From the sequence record MK250017.1: a stretch of 64,000 nt of DNA, one strand, 5' to 3'. The position numbers and the translations under genes are program-made. Positions within the stretch are counted from its first letter, which is position 1. Each line of letters starts with the position of its first letter. The notes beneath the pieces were generated by a model, which saw only the letters and a program-made list of their open reading frames with translations, had not been told where the DNA came from and ran no database searches. Shown piece after piece: positions 8,189-24,600 of the stretch.

Positions 8189-11100
8189 ATGGCTATAAAA
8201 CTTCCAGATACGCTGAGAACTGCAAATGATACATATGCTATTGCAGTCTCAGAAGAAATAAAAGGTGGTATTCGTGGAGTTTAGACAGTAGAAGATTTGA
8301 GTAGAATAAATAATGCTTTGATTTCTAATGGTATGTTAGTATGGGTAGAAAAATCAAAGAGTTATTACAAATATACAAATGGAACATGGTCTATATTATC
8401 TGCTTCTGCTTCTGGAACTCCATTACTTACAACTGCATAGATAACAGCATTAAAAAATCAAGGAGTTTTACCTGATAATTACATTTGGATACGTTCAAAA
8501 GATGATATTGATTTAGAATAGGAAGGTGTTGTAAATAAAACATATACAACTTCAAAGAATGGTAGTTATGTTGATATATTATTTCAAGCAATAAGATAGT
8601 TACAAACAGAAGTTGCTAAAATGAGAAATACATTTAAATATGGAATGTATTCTTGTACAAATAAAGAAATGGCAGTTTCTAATGTTGTTAATGAAATGGT
8701 TGCAACACCGGCAGAAGAACCTTTATGGGCGATAGAAGAAGATGGATTATCTTATGTGTATGCTGTAGAGTTTAAAGATGGATATAACAAAGAGGACCCT
8801 TCAAAATCTACATTTTCTATAATATCTGAAATTAACGGTTTAATTTAGAATGTTAATGGTACTTACTATGATATTTCTAGTACAGATAAAAGGAAAGTAT
8901 ATTTTACACATAAGAGTTCAGAACCAATTGATGAAGAAGATATAGAAGATATTAATATATTTAAAGACAGTAACGGAAATCTTCCGAACAGTGTAAGTAT
9001 GATGGAAGGTATGAGTGATCCAAAACAATTTATTTATATGACAATAACCAATAAAAAAGACAAAGGAAAGTCTTATTTATTGGATTTCTCTGTACTTATA
9101 GAACCGAAAAGAGACGTGTCCATATCCTTAGACGCGTAGCGTTCTCCAATAGATAATATTAATTTCACAAATTTAATGACTAATTATGTAGAAACTGTTA
9201 ATGTAATGTTATTACTTAATCGTAAAATGGTTAAAGAAACAACAGAAGGTGACAAGAAAACATATACATGGTATGGAAATAATTATTTATATGTATCTAT
9301 TAGTGATTATTATACAAATGATGTAATTATAGAGGGATATTATAATAAGACTGATGGAAAACTTTATAAAAATATATAGGATTTAGGAGATCAATATTAT
9401 TTCAGTAAAGTATATTTTGGTATGTTAAAATTAAATAAATTTAATGTATATTCAAGATATTAGGATTTTACTAAATTTATTGGAGAAACTGATAAAGTTG
9501 TTAAACCTAATATACCTAATGATAGTGATTATAGATATAAGGTTGCACATATTACAATACGTTCTGTTTCAGATGAAGCAGAACTAAGAGAAATAAAACA
9601 ATACCTTCCAAATAATGAATTAATATGGGAAGAAAAAAATAGTGTTTTATGGATAAAATCAAACGATAAAGTAGTACAGATTGGAGGTACTAGTAATTCA
9701 AATAATAATGGAAATCAAAATAATAATAAAGATAGTATGACACAAGAAGAATTAATAAAAGCCCTTAAGGAAATGGGTATTGTTTATGATTCAAATAATG
9801 GATTAGAATTAGAATAGGCAAAAGTTGAGGATATTACTTTTATTAATTCTAATTTAGCTGACAAATATGTTTATTCAATAGATTCAGAAGGTAATTTACA
9901 TTCAACAATTGTTCCTAAAGTTTCACTTGAATCAAGAGTTGCTAATAAAAATTTATATGAAACATCTAAACCAGGATCTACTTTTACACCAAGAGGATTT
10001 GTTGCAAATTTAGTATGTGGTGAAAAAAATGAACAATTAGGAATTGATAATAATTTAAGTGCAAGTACAACAGGTTCAATATTAAATGAATCAGACCGTA
10101 TTCATATATCTTAGTTCTATGCACCATTATCAACAGATATTGCAGAAGGAAAAATAGGATGTTCTCATGCATTCATAGAATTAACTAATACATCTACTTT
10201 TGATTTTTAGTTAGATGGATGTTATTTACATTTCTTCAGTCTTAGTGATACAGGTGTTACAACATATTATAATTTACCATTAAAAGGTGTAATTCCCGCA
10301 GGTAATACTTTCTTAATCAGAGGTAAAAAATATGCAGATTATAAGAATTCAAATGTATTCATAAAAGTAAGTACATTTGATATGGAATGGTTCAGTGAAA
10401 AAAATGAACTTATTGATTTAACTGTAAATACAACATATAATGGATATGCATTAGCATTAACATATGGTAATACTGTTGTTGATAATGGTGTAGAAACAGA
10501 AATTTCACCTGTTACAACATTAGCAAAAATAGATATGGATAACTCTTACAAATATAGAGATAATTATATCGATGGTATTATATATTCATTTAAAGTTGCA
10601 AATATTCCAAATACATATAGAACATGGGCAATATTTAATTCCGGATATAATGTATTATCTAACAGTTTATTCAGAGAAACTTTCTTACTTGATCCTGCTA
10701 AACAAGGATTTTAGGCACTTTGCTCTAATAAGAAGGATTCATCAAGAGCTCGTCATGAGAAGAATACAGACTTTACTTTGTTATCTCTTGCTAATGAGTT
10801 TATTGAATTCCCTAAATCTGATTCAGTAAAAGCAGTTTCCGATTATTCTCCAAGAGCATCATTTGAGCATAAAACAGTTATTACTGAAAAGAGTAATATC
10901 GATTTAAATAAGCCAAATATGATAACTTGTGCATTTGGTATTAATATGTTAACAACACGTTGTTTCAACTGGATTTCTGGAGGTATTTTTGATGAATTTA
11001 TTTGGGTTAGAAAGAAAGGAAGTAATACAGCATGGAAAGATTGTGCAAGATATGAATCATATACAAGTTCAAAATGTAGTGTTGTAACTGAGCGTTCTAC

Positions 11101-12892
11101 AAGTGAAATTACAAAGAAAACATTTAATGAAAGTGAAACAGCATAGAAAGAAGCAAAAACATATATTTATGACAGAATAACAGGAATATTCCCTGGTACA
11201 ACAACACAATATACTGCGCATAAAGTTATTATTAATTTACCAACACCTTCATCTGGTACATCAGAATATGAATATTGTGTAGGTCGTGCTTTACTTGATG
11301 GAAGTCCTGATCCTGCACACAGTAATGTAAATGAACTTTATACATTTACTATGTATTCATCAGCATATGTTCCACGTATTTATCAGACATCAGACCAATA
11401 GGGATTCCATTGGATTGAATATCAGGTTTGGGCAGGTGCTGCTAAAAAGTTAAATGAATATATTGATTCTACAAAGGGAACACAATATATGCCTGTATTA
11501 GTAAATACTGGTGATATGACACAATCTGGTTCCCGTATTTCAGAATGGTTTGATTATTATGAAGCTGGTAAATGTTTATTCAATCATCTTGAATAGATGA
11601 ATGTTGTCGGTAATAATGACTTGGCTAATATAGATCCTACATTATTAGGAAATGGTGATGACTCTGGTAAATCTAATTCATTCTATTTCCATGTATTCTA
11701 TTGTTATGAAGTAGATAATTTTGGTAATACTGCATATCCTATAGTTAATAAGAAATATATTCCATCTTTATATTATTTCGGAACAAATGATTACAGATTT
11801 ATTATGATTAATTCTGAAATTACTACTAAATGTTGTAGTGACTGGTTCGGTATTAGTAATTATAATATATACACTGGTTATACTATTGGTTCAACTGGTA
11901 ATACGTATAAAACAGATAATACATGGACACCAATTTATGATAGATTATTTGCAATCATGAATAGCTTTACTGGTAAACAATTTATTACTGCAGTTCATGA
12001 AATGCCATTTACTGTTATTACTAAGGCAAATATTAAGTATGATACAAAAATAATTGCTGCACAACGTAGTGCATCTGGTACATCATTAGTTGGTTCTCAC
12101 ATGAATTCAATAACAGCTGAAGATACTGGATATGGATTTAACTGGTTCTCACGTTTACTTGAATATTTTGCAAGTAAAAGTAAAACTAAGTTATGTATTG
12201 GTGGTCATAAACATACATATGCTATGACATTCCCTATTAGAGAAAATTATACATATACAAATAATGGTGTATCTGTAGATTCAAAGACAACTCCAATGCC
12301 TATGTCTGCTACACTTAATAACGCAATTGAAAAATCTGTAAAATGGACAAAGAAATATACATATAATGCTGAAACATGTACATTTACAGAAAGTACTTCT
12401 GGTACAAATGTTGTAAATACAAGTAAATTACCATATATACCAACAGATGTAAAATCTATGACATATAAAGGTTCTACAAGTATTGCACAGGCAGCAAAAG
12501 CAGCAAATGGTTTCTTACCATATCAGTATTTAAATACATTGAATACAACAAATGCAATTACATATTTAATGTGTCAGGCAACTGGTTATAAGTATTCATC
12601 AAATAAGGAATTACCTGCATACACACAGGCATTCTCTGAACTTATACCACAGACAACAGAAGCTGAAAAACCTGCAAATACATAGAAATTCCCAATGTTT
12701 ATAGATATTGTATTGAATAATACAACTATTTCTTATAAATTAATAAGTGTTGCTAATGTATTTGATAGTGCATATTTATTTACACCACTTACATATGGAA
12801 AAGCAGATAGTGAATTAAAATATATGAAGATCAATGCCGGAACTTTATATGGAAGTTGGCAATCAAATTCAACGAATTTAAAAACACTTTAA
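8189..12892 (+). CDS. 1567-aa (code 15) protein: fibre-type N-terminus, lamin-tail-like domain, FN3-like domain and calcineurin-like/purple-acid metallophosphoesterase
   Basis: Frame 2 is open except for TAG. Motifs SHAFIELTN..GVIPAGNTFLIRG (LTD-like), TSDQ[TAG]GF, NTGDMTQ, VGNND, VHEMPF and GGHKH. Confidence 0.85.
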
Positions 12893-12919
12893 TAAAAATT
12901 ATTACTCTAATATAATAAT

Positions 12920-15900
12920 ATGAAATATAATGGAACTGATAATATTATAACTGATAATGATATTCTTGTTACTTCCGGAAGTGGAAGTAACAAGGATCTT
13001 CATACAGTTATTGAAGAACAACAATATGATATTGACACCTTGAAATCTAACGTTAAGTGGATTTATAAGTATGGTGGTGTTGGAAGCGGCTCTGGTGGTT
13101 CAGGAAGTGGATCTGGTTCCAGTGGTAAATGGTCATTTGATGTAAATATTAATGACATACCATTGAATATCAATTCAACAATGGATTTATCAAAGAACTT
13201 GGTTGGTGATATAGCTCCTGTTACAGTATCAGTAACAATTAAGAATCCTTCTGTAGGTGGTTATCAATTTAAATTGCAATATGGTTATGACGATGGATTA
13301 TTTTAGACATATCCAACATTCTTAAATACAGAGAATTCATGTTCTGCAACATTTAACCTTAAAATTTCTAAGAACTCACAATTAGTTATAAAGGTTACAG
13401 ATATTGATAATAATTATAAGCAATCTACTTTTAAATACTTTATTTATGGTCTCGATTATTCATTAACACCAATGACATATAATAATAGCGGTAATTTATA
13501 TGAACTTAAAGATACTGACTATAAACCTAGTTTATTTCCACAAGGTGTTATTTATAGATTAAAGATTAATAACTTTGGTGGATTCCAAATTAATTATAAC
13601 GTAACTAATACAATAAGTTATAAAATTATATCTATTAATGAACAGGATTATACAAAATATAATACTGATAAAAATGCAGGTTCATACTATGATGCAACAG
13701 ATAACAGTGGATATTTATCAAATAGTGATACTACTATAACATTAGATTATTTAATCACTAATACTACATTAAAAGATGAACTTAACTTTGGTTCTCAAAC
13801 ATTTATTGCGAATATCAATAACTTAAATAATGGTTAGATTATACATAATGAAGTATTATAGGAATACTCAATTGTACCAGATACTAATCAATATGTTATT
13901 TGTTTGACGGAATCTATTAATGGTAAAGTTTATACAGATAAAACCGGAATTACTACAGAAGATGCAGAAGCTAACGCTTTTTATGCAGGTGATTATATTT
14001 CATTTAAATTAAGACCATTTAACTTCGCATCTGATAGTATTACAATTAACTATACTTTAATTAATGAAGATAATGGTATTAATACATCAAGTACTATTAA
14101 CTTAAAAGCAGGACGCTATACATCTCAAACGTTTAACATATATACCGGTTGGAATAAATTAATACTTAATAATGATATTGTAAAATACTATTATGGTAAA
14201 AAAGTATCTGCAGATGTAAAATGGTATAATAGAGATGGTAATGATAACTCTAAATATAATGATGTTGATGTATCATATGTACGTTTTTATGATAGTATAT
14301 CTGAAAACATGAAAAATGATCCATATTTTAAATAGTTATATGTTAATAATTATTTAGAGTTAACAAGAGATATAAATGCAGCAGATAAAGTTATAGATTT
14401 ATATAAGAATAAAACTATTAATATTAACAATTTAAATGATACCCATTTTGCATTTGGTATACAATTATCTGCATCTAATGATACAAATGATGTATTGTTT
14501 GAATTAAAAGATAATGCTCATGATACATTATTTTAGATAACATAGAGTTCTATTATATGTAATAAATTCACAAAAGATAATGATATTAAAGTTTATATTC
14601 CAAAGGAAAATAATTATGTACCATCAGATTTAAGTAAATATCACTTAGTAGATATTCATATTAAAAAACTTGAACCATATACATTAACAAAAACAGTAAA
14701 TAACACTTCCTCTGTTGATATGCAATATTATTTAAATGATTTAAAAGATGATATTGATGTTAATACATCAACAAAAGGAAAACAATATGTTATTGAAGTA
14801 TATATTGATGGTATTACAGAAGGTGTAACTAACTAGTATGTTGTAACATTCCCAAATATTTAGTATATATATTTAAAAAATGTAAATGTTTCATATACTT
14901 TATTTGAACTTGGTAAATTTAAAAATAATAAATTTAGTTTTAACGACATTGATGCATGTATATATTACTATACATATAAATATGTAATAACTAAAGGTAC
15001 AGGAGTATCTGAAAAAAATATTAGTTTAATATCACAATTATCAACATTAGACTATAATGCAACTGAAAATAAAAATGATTTAGCGAAATAGCTTGTATTA
15101 CGAAAGCATAATCAATTATGTTTATCTAAAGACTATGTAAGCTATTTGAAAGCATACTTATAGATACCTATATATATAATTAATGTTGCACATACTCGTG
15201 AAAATGATAATACTGTTTCTATTTTCCAGTGGTTAAATGCAACATATAAAGAAACAGATAATATTGAATCATGGCCAATACAAACAACTAGTGTTAATGG
15301 AAAACATAAAACTGGTATTACATATGTTGCACCAGATATGAAAGATGGTGTTGAAATAGAATTCCCAGATGATGATGCATATACACAGGCATTATTTAAA
15401 TTAGATATTCAGGGTTCATCAACACGAGAAAACCATGGTAAAAACTTAGATTTGAGTTTAGTAAATAAAGATACTGTTACAAATACAAAGTTATTATATT
15501 CACCAAACTTTAATGAAAATGATAGTGATACATATTTACCAGAATCCAAATTTACATTAAAAGCCGATATTGTCGACTCTGGACACTCTAATAATACTGT
15601 AATGGGTAAATTCATTAATAAAAATACATAGAAGTTTAATACAGGTTCAGAAGGTCAATATAAGAATTATATTAAAAACTGTCTTGAAGGCTTCCCATGT
15701 GTTGTTATATTAAATGTAGACTATGAAATTGCTGGTTCAACATCAGAATATTATTTCTTAGGTATATATAATTTCAACTTAGGTCGTGGTTCATATTCTA
15801 ACTTAGGATATGTAAATAATTCTATATTTAACGCAAAATTGGAATCTGTTTCAAACAATAAACCTTTCTTATTCTTTAAAACTACTACAGATGAATATGA

Positions 15901-18900
15901 GTTAAGAACTGATTTTGGTTGTGCCGAAATTACAGGTAATGACCCTAAATTTGATTTCTCTCAATGGGATGATACTATATTATATCCATTTGAAAATGAG
16001 TCTGGTAACTCATATATGTGGGATGATATTGTTACAAGTCAGGAAGGTGCATTTAAACTTGCATTGAAATATTTTGTAAGAGATATTGCTATTACAGGTG
16101 GTTATATATTTGATTATTTAGGTAAAGGAGCAATAGACCATGAGACATGGGATCAGAACAAATGGGGTTATATCGGATGTGTACCAGATGTTAGTAGACA
16201 ATATAGTAGAAATTCATAGGATCTTAATCATGCATCATATAATCCAAATATTAAAGTACCTGATAAAGGTCCTAAATGGGAACAAATTTTCCAACGTACA
16301 ATGTAGGATGGTTATGAATATAATGGTAATACATCATATTCTAGATTAGATTATACATCTGCTGTTGAATATTATACTATTTGTATGGCGTTCGGTTTGG
16401 TTGACTCTGTATAGAAAAACTTAAACGTAAAAACATGGACATTAAATAAAAAGAATCTTAAAGAAACAGATCCGGATGAAAAAGAATTAACACGTTCTAA
16501 ATTCTATGTTTCATTCTATGATATGGATACATGTTTAGGTATTAATAATAACTCAAAGGATACTACAACATTCTGTTTTTCTGATTATTGGCAATCATCT
16601 GAAACTGAATAGAATGATATACATGTACTTACATCTATTAATTAGTATAGAGACTATTTTACAAATATTGATCCTATTACAGGTAAGGAAAATGGTGAAA
16701 TTGGTTATGATATACCTTCTTCATTCTTATTTGGTGTTGCTAAGTATGGAACAGAAGTATTCAATACTGATGAACAATTAAGTTTGGATTATTTGGAATA
16801 CCCAACACCTACATTATTATGGATACGATATAGAGCTAGTAATACAGCAGCATATGATAAACCTGGTACAGGTTCATTACAAAGTGCTGAGTATTTTATG
16901 AATACTTATTATAAAAAACACTTGGAAGGTGTTAATGAACTGGTATTTAATTTAAATTATAAGGCAAAATATCTTGTATATAATATATAGGAGGATTGGA
17001 CATTTGATCCTAATAATAAAGATAAATTTATTGGCACATATACTATTAGTAATAAATCTGAATACGACAGTAAATTCCATGGTGATATAGAAAAATTCAG
17101 AGGTAGATCAATATATCGTGTATATGATTGGTTAAATTCACGATTACATATATTGGATGCATATTTCAATTTATATGATGGATATGAACTTTTATCTGTA
17201 ACTGATGTAGAAAAAGAACATCAGCTAGTTAAAAATGAGAATAATATGTAGCTTGTACAATTACGATTAACAGATCCAAGAGTTAATGTTTTAGCAAAAT
17301 TATTAAATTCTGCTAAAGATATAAACATTAAAGATCAGATCTTTAAATCTGGTGGTGATAGTGATCCAAAAATTGATTTCCCTACAACACCAATTACACT
17401 TCAAGTTAAAGCATAGAATTATTCACCTATTATGTTTGATGTTGGTGGTACAATTAAAGCTAAATATTTGTTGAGATCTTCTGCTAATACGTATTAGATA
17501 ACATTTAGTGGTTCTGGTAATATCGCATTTGCATTATACGGTTCTAATTAGATAACATATATGAGTAATATTACATGGTATACACCTACAAGTATGATAA
17601 TTAAATCAGATAACCTTACAACTATATATGGTAATAATCCAAACTATAATGTCGCTATTTCAAAAATAGAATCACCTGCATTGCAAAGTATTGATTTAAC
17701 AGGATCTAGATATTCAGGTTCATTATCATTAACAGAATCAAGTAAATATGTAAACTTATCAACAATTAATATATCAAATTCATAGATAAACTTAACTGCT
17801 ACTGAAATTAATGTACAGTCAATTAATGTAACAAATGTATATGCTACAAACTGTGATATATCAAAATGTAGTAAATTAAAAACATTAAAATTAAATGGTT
17901 TAACATTATCTAACCAACTTACATTAACTGTTAATTATGCAAGTAATGTTTTATTTAATGAAATTGAAACAAAATATTTTACAGTAACAAGTTCTGTTGT
18001 AAACCAAAATAATACATTAGTTATTGATGGTTCAAAAAATAAATTCCAGACACTTAAGGAATTAACAATATCTGGTTTTGCAAAAGTAAAAATTTTCAAT
18101 TGTCCAAAATTAGAGAGAATTAATATTTCCGAAATTATTTCTGGTGATGCTACAAAAGATATATATTTAACTGAATTAGCAGTAATTAATTGTAGTACGG
18201 ATAAAACTGTTACAACATTTACAGTAAAATCAAATACATAGAAAACAATAGATTTACATTCGTTCAGTAAATTAGCTCGCGTATGTTTTTATGGTACATA
18301 GAATTTTGAATAGGTTATTTTACCAGAAACATTGGGATTATATGGAAGTGAATTTGGTAATTGTAAATCATTGAAATATGTAGATATTCATACAAATGCA
18401 GGTTCAAAAGCAAGTAAAATTATAATAAAAGGATACAGTCAATATAGATTATATTGTAATGAAAAGAGTTCGAGTGACGTCGGATTTAATACATATCTCG
18501 TACCAAATGTAGGATGTTTTTATAATTGTTATGAATTTAAAATGGAGCGATCTATTAATGATAATTCTATAACACCTATAAGAGTTGATTCTTCAGTAAC
18601 TTCATTAACCTGGTTATTTGGACTTGATGCTAAACATAAAAATATAGACTTAACTAAAATTGCTAATTTTATAGATAATATTCCAGATAATAATAATATA
18701 ACAGATATTAGTTATTTCTGTATGTTATAGACTGGTATTCAATTAACAAAAGAATAGTTTATAGCTGACGGACCAGATAAAGCAACATTACATTTAGGAA
18801 AGTTTGCAAGATGTAACAGCATAACTAGTGCATTCTATTGTGATAATATTTACATTAATAGATGGATTTGGTACAACAGTTCAAAATCACAAGTATTTAA

Positions 18901-21526
18901 ATCACCAACAATTAAATGGTTATTTGGACTCAACAAATCACTGAATATCTACATGACAATTGATTGTTTATATCCGATTATAAATAAAATTGAAGGTTTA
19001 TTTGTATATGCAGAATATATATGTGAAATTAGTCCTATATATTCGGGAAAGTCTTAGACATTTAATATATATACAATTCTTACTGAATAGAAAAAGAAAG
19101 AAGCTGCATGGGTAAATAGAGATACTTATACAAAACAATATACATTTAATGGTACAATAGGTGAAATAATAGAAAATACACCAGTTCCTGCACGTGCATT
19201 GTTTGTATAGGAAAATACAACAAGTCATACAGTTGATGCAGAAGATAATAAAAATGCCATTTATCCAATATCCATGACTAAATTTGAGGCAATAACATTA
19301 AATAAAGGGGTTATATGGAATTTATATGGATTATTTAGTAAAAAATGGAATCTTAGTGTTATTGATTATTTCCAACATAATAAAGAATTCACTAATCCTA
19401 TAGAATATGAAGATTTATTTAATACTGCATTTATACCAGAAAAATTAATTAATATTGGTTCAAGTTTAAACACTTCATTCCCTACATCTGTTGATTATGA
19501 TAGATTTTTAGATTTCAAAAAATTAATTGATAATTATGATGATGCTGCTCCATTGTATGCATTGTTTAATAGACGTAATGGAGATGATACGACTAACGCT
19601 GCTGGATTAGCTTTTACAAAACATATTTCATCAGATCTATTTAAAGAATGGATGGTAAAAATATTTAAAGCTAGTAATTCACACGGTGTTATTAATTTAT
19701 TTAGAAATTGTAATATATTTGTTAGTGAAGCAGAAGCAAAAAATAATTGTAATTTTAGTGTTAAAAATATATTTGAAAGTTGTGGTGAACCAGAAGAAAT
19801 AATAAACACAAAAATTCATAATATATTTAGTTTATTCAATAATATGCATGCATATGTAAAAGGAGCAGAAATAAAGGACACAAATATACAATATATGAAA
19901 TTTGGTACCGATTTATTTACATATCTTCCTAATATAACTGTGGTTGCATATGCATTTTATAATAATTATTGGTATAATGCTATACCATTTAATATGTTTA
20001 ATAAACGATATAAATGTGATGATGATTATGTTTATTTGGAAGTAAATCAAGATGGTAAAATAGCAACAGAAGCTGATACAAAAAAAATACGTAAACGTAT
20101 AAAATATGTAGCATATGATTATAAATAGGATATAAGTTATATTTCTTGTTGCTTCTCAAATTTACATTTTGATCCACTCACCACATCAAATAGATATAAT
20201 ACAAATAGTGATATTATTAAAGAAGCAGGTATAAATTATTACCAATTTGTAAATGAAGATAATTCTGTTATAAATGAAGATGAAAAGTTCTACTTATCTG
20301 AACCTATTACAGTTAAATTAGAAAAAACTGGTGCAGCTAGTAAAACCATTCATCCATCATATGAATATATAGATACATTAAATCTAAATGGAGTATTTTA
20401 TGAAGGTGACTTTAAAAAAGCAGGAACAGCAGATGGTATTGTAACAAATAGCACATCAGGAGTACAACGAATGAATAATATCATGTCAGAATCAATGTCT
20501 AATTATACAAATAGTCTTATTGTTGCACCTGATTTATTGTATGGTTGTACAAGTTCATGTACAATGACGGATTTCTTATCATAGACGAACGTTAATACAA
20601 ATATGTTATGTGGTATTTTACCTAAACATTTTTATAAGAACATAAAAACATTAAGTAACGGAACATATGCAGTATTTACCAATTGCATTGTAATACCAAA
20701 TTATATAGGTACATATGTAGATTATAATTCAGATGGAACAAGTAAATTACGTTACAACGTATATTCATTTATTCCTGAAGAATTTACAACATCTGATATG
20801 ACTAATTTATAGGATATGTTTAGATTCAAAATACATTGGCCAAAACAGGGTCAAATGGAATATGGTTGTCAAACATATGATTTCTATGTATTATCAACTT
20901 GTAAATCATTTGATTCTAATATTACATCATTAGAAAATGCATTCCCTGTAAGTTTAATTAATAATATGTAGTCATATAATAATGTTCCAATTGATTATAA
21001 TACATCAAATAGATCAATTCACTTTAATTTACAATGTACATATTTAGAAGAAGATTACACAGAAAATAAGAAATCAGAGATATTTGGTAATTTGAATTAT
21101 AATAATTTAAAATATTTAAAAACATTCAGTACTGGTTTAAATATGGAAATATTTACAAAATTAAATGTAAGTAATTTAATAAATCATATTAATATATTAT
21201 ATGGTTATTTTGGAAATATATTTAATCAATCATACAGTGTATCAAATATGATATTAACTGAAAATAAATATTGTATTTCATTAGTTGCTAATTCAGTATA
21301 TCAGGCACATTAGTTATCTTGTAATATAGTATTCCCTATATGCAGTAATACTAGTGAAATAACAAAACGATTATTAAATTTTACAAATATACCAGCAGGT
21401 GCGAAATTTAATACATTAATTGATATGTTTGTTTCAGAAACTAATAGATCATTCTATGAAAATATGTATGATTCATTCTTCGTATTTACAAATCAAACAA
21501 GACCTCAATATTCAACATTTGAATAA
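12920..21526 (+). CDS. 2868-aa (code 15) CotH-kinase-family protein with C-terminal LRR-like repeats
   Basis: Frame 2 is open except for TAG and joins 11 track ORFs. Motifs IQGSST..HGKN, TLKADIVDSGHSNN, LGIYNFN, DSV[TAG]KN, FYDMDTCLG, WLNSRLHILD. LRR-like LxxLxL repeats from about 17600. Confidence 0.82.
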
Positions 21527-21532
21527 TACAAT

Positions 21533-21573
21533 GAAGAGAGATACAACTGAGATTTGTATCTCTCTTCTTTTTT
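21533..21573 (+). terminator. intrinsic terminator
   Basis: GAAGAGAGATACAA/TTGTATCTCTCTTC followed by T6. Confidence 0.9.
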
Positions 21574-21574
21574 A

Positions 21575-21581
21575 ATAAATA
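21575..21581 (+). promoter_or_regulatory. late promoter core ATAAATA
   Basis: ATAAATATAAAAAG 24 nt before ATG 21606. Confidence 0.7.
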
Positions 21582-21605
21582 TAAAAAGAATTTTAATGAA
21601 TATAA

Positions 21606-24600
21606 ATGGATAAGAAATGTTCTCAACTCATTATAGGTCAATCAATAATTCATAGTTTTAACCCTAAACCGTTTAAAAATATGGATACTGCTATTTATGC
21701 TCTTAATAACAAAGAATTAAGAGCTGGAGAAATTGCTATAGCATATTATAATGACCCTACTGAAACAAGAGGAATTGGAGCTATTGTAGCAACGGGTAAT
21801 ATTCTACCTGGAGGAAATCAAATATTCAAGAATACAGCATATACAGATAAACTTATAAAAAACGTTAAAGAATTAATCGAATCTAATTCAGTTGATATAA
21901 GTGTAATAGAAGAAAACGTAAATAATAATATTGCAGATATTGCTGTTTTAAAAACATAGTTAAAAAAATTAACAGCAGATACAAATAATAATAATTCTTC
22001 AATAGATGATAAATTAAAAGAAATCAATATCATTATTGATAATATGAAAAAGGATGTTTCAAATATTATCGATAATATTAATAAAATTGTTGCTGATGCT
22101 TCAAAATCTATTGTTGATACAGCAGCTTCTGTTTCCAAAGATTATTTAGCAGCAGATACTTCATTAAAAAACTATGTTGATAATGAAAACATAAAAATTA
22201 ATCAAAAAATTGATAATATTTCATCAAATTTTGATACAAAAGTCGAGGAAATTAGTACCAAAATAAATTCCAATACAAGTATACTTGAAAATACAATAAA
22301 TAATAATTCATCATTAATTTATAATGATATTTCAAAGTTAGATGATAAAGTAAATTCTTATAATACAAGTTTAAATACATCTTTAGCATTTAATGTTTCT
22401 ACACTTAATTCTCGTATCGATGATAATAAAAATTATGTTGATATACGTGAATCTCTTATTAGAAAATATGTTGATTCTAAAGATGATCAAATAAACTGGA
22501 ATATTAATGATACATCAAAACATATTCATTATCGTATTGATGAAGAAGTTCATAAACTTAATGATAGAATAACGCAGGAACATATTGATATGAATAGAGT
22601 TATTGCTGATAATAAAACAGAAGCAAAGCGCTATGCAGATCAAATGTTAACAGAAGCAAAATCATATACAGATGAAGTAGAAGAATATACTAAAGCTTCT
22701 ATTAAACAAGCAGAACTTGATTCAAAGAAATATACAGATGATGAAATATCAAATTTAGATAATGAATTATCAGAATCTATTCATAATACAAGTTTATATG
22801 CAAAAGAATGTTATGATGATGTAAAAAAACATCTTAAATTACAAAATGCTTCATTAATTACATATGTAAATGATGAAATCAGAATGTGTGATGAGCGTGT
22901 TACTGATAGAGTAAATAGCGTTAAAACATTAGTAGATTCTACAAAAACTCAGTTGAATACGTCTATTAATAAAGTATATGAAAATGCATTAAAATATACT
23001 AATGACACTAAGAGTGAGATATTAAAACATATATTAATTAATGATATTAAAGTAAGAGAAGATTTTGCAAAAGCTGATGCTGCATTAGATAAAAAAATTG
23101 ATGATACTTCTAAATTATTAGGTGATTATGTTGATAATACGTCAAATGCTATTGTTGACCATATTAAAGATACATCAAAGTTAATATGGAATTATGTTGA
23201 TAATACATCTAATGATATTGTTTCATATATTAATAATACATCTAATGATATTGTAAAATATATTGATAATACATCTGATGCTATTGTTGCATATATAGAT
23301 AAACAAGATAATGCATAGAAAGATTATACAGATGCAAAGAAAACAGAAATAATTAATTTTGTTGAAGACCTTTCTAATAATTTTAAAACTTATATTGATA
23401 CCAGAGATAATGCAACATTAAGTGATGCAAAGATTTATACAAATGGAGAAATTCAAAAAGTTAATAATACAATAACAACACTTGATGAAAAAGTAGAAGA
23501 TTATAATAGAAATACACATGAATTAATTACAAATGTTTCAAATGGAATTATCAATGATTATAAAACAGAAATTAAAAATATAATTGATGATGTTTCAAGA
23601 AATGATACATGGTTATATAATCATATTGAGAAATATAATACAGATCTTTCTGGTAAAATTGATACTAATAATCAAACAGTAACAAAATTACTCAATGATG
23701 TTTCTGATGGACTTTATCAAAAAATTGAGGATACTTCAGATTATTTGGAAGGCGTTATTACTGCATTAGAAACAAAACATAATGATGAAGTAAAGATAAC
23801 AAATACTTCTATTATGAATTTTGTTAATTCTTATAATTCAAGTACTGCTACTGCTATTAATGCTCTTAATACAAGTATTAATGATTATTGGAAAAATATA
23901 ACAGATACAATTAATACAAATTTAGGAAATGTAAGTACAGGTGTTTTAGGAAAGATTAATACTATATAGAAAGATTTATCTACATATATTTAGACAGCTG
24001 AAAGCACATTAAATTCATTATATAAAAATGCAGATTCCAGTCTTCTTGGATATATAAATGATCAAGATACAAAACTTCAAAATAATATTGATGATATTTC
24101 TACAAAGATTGTTAATAAGTTTAATACTAAATGTGAAGAATTAAGTAATTTAATTAACACTACCACAACTAATTTAAATTCATCAATTAATAGTGTTCAT
24201 GATACATTATTCCAGAAAATAGAAAATACATCTACAGAAATTGTTGATGCATTAAATACATCAATATCTAATATTAATATTAAATTAGGTTAGGATAAAT
24301 CAGAATTAATAGGAAAAATTGATGATATTTCCACAAAGATTGTTAATGCGTTAAATGTTTCAATTAATGATATTAATAAGTTGCTTAAACAGAAAGATGT
24401 AGAGTTAGATAACAAGATTGATACTACATATACCAAAATTATTGGAGAGATGAATGCATCTGATGGTATTTTAAATAAACGTATAACCGATCTTGAAACA
24501 AAACATGTTAATGAATTAAAGCAAAAAGAAAAAGATCTTACAACATTAATTACTAACACAAAAACAGAATTATCTGATCAACATACAAGAGATAGAGATG

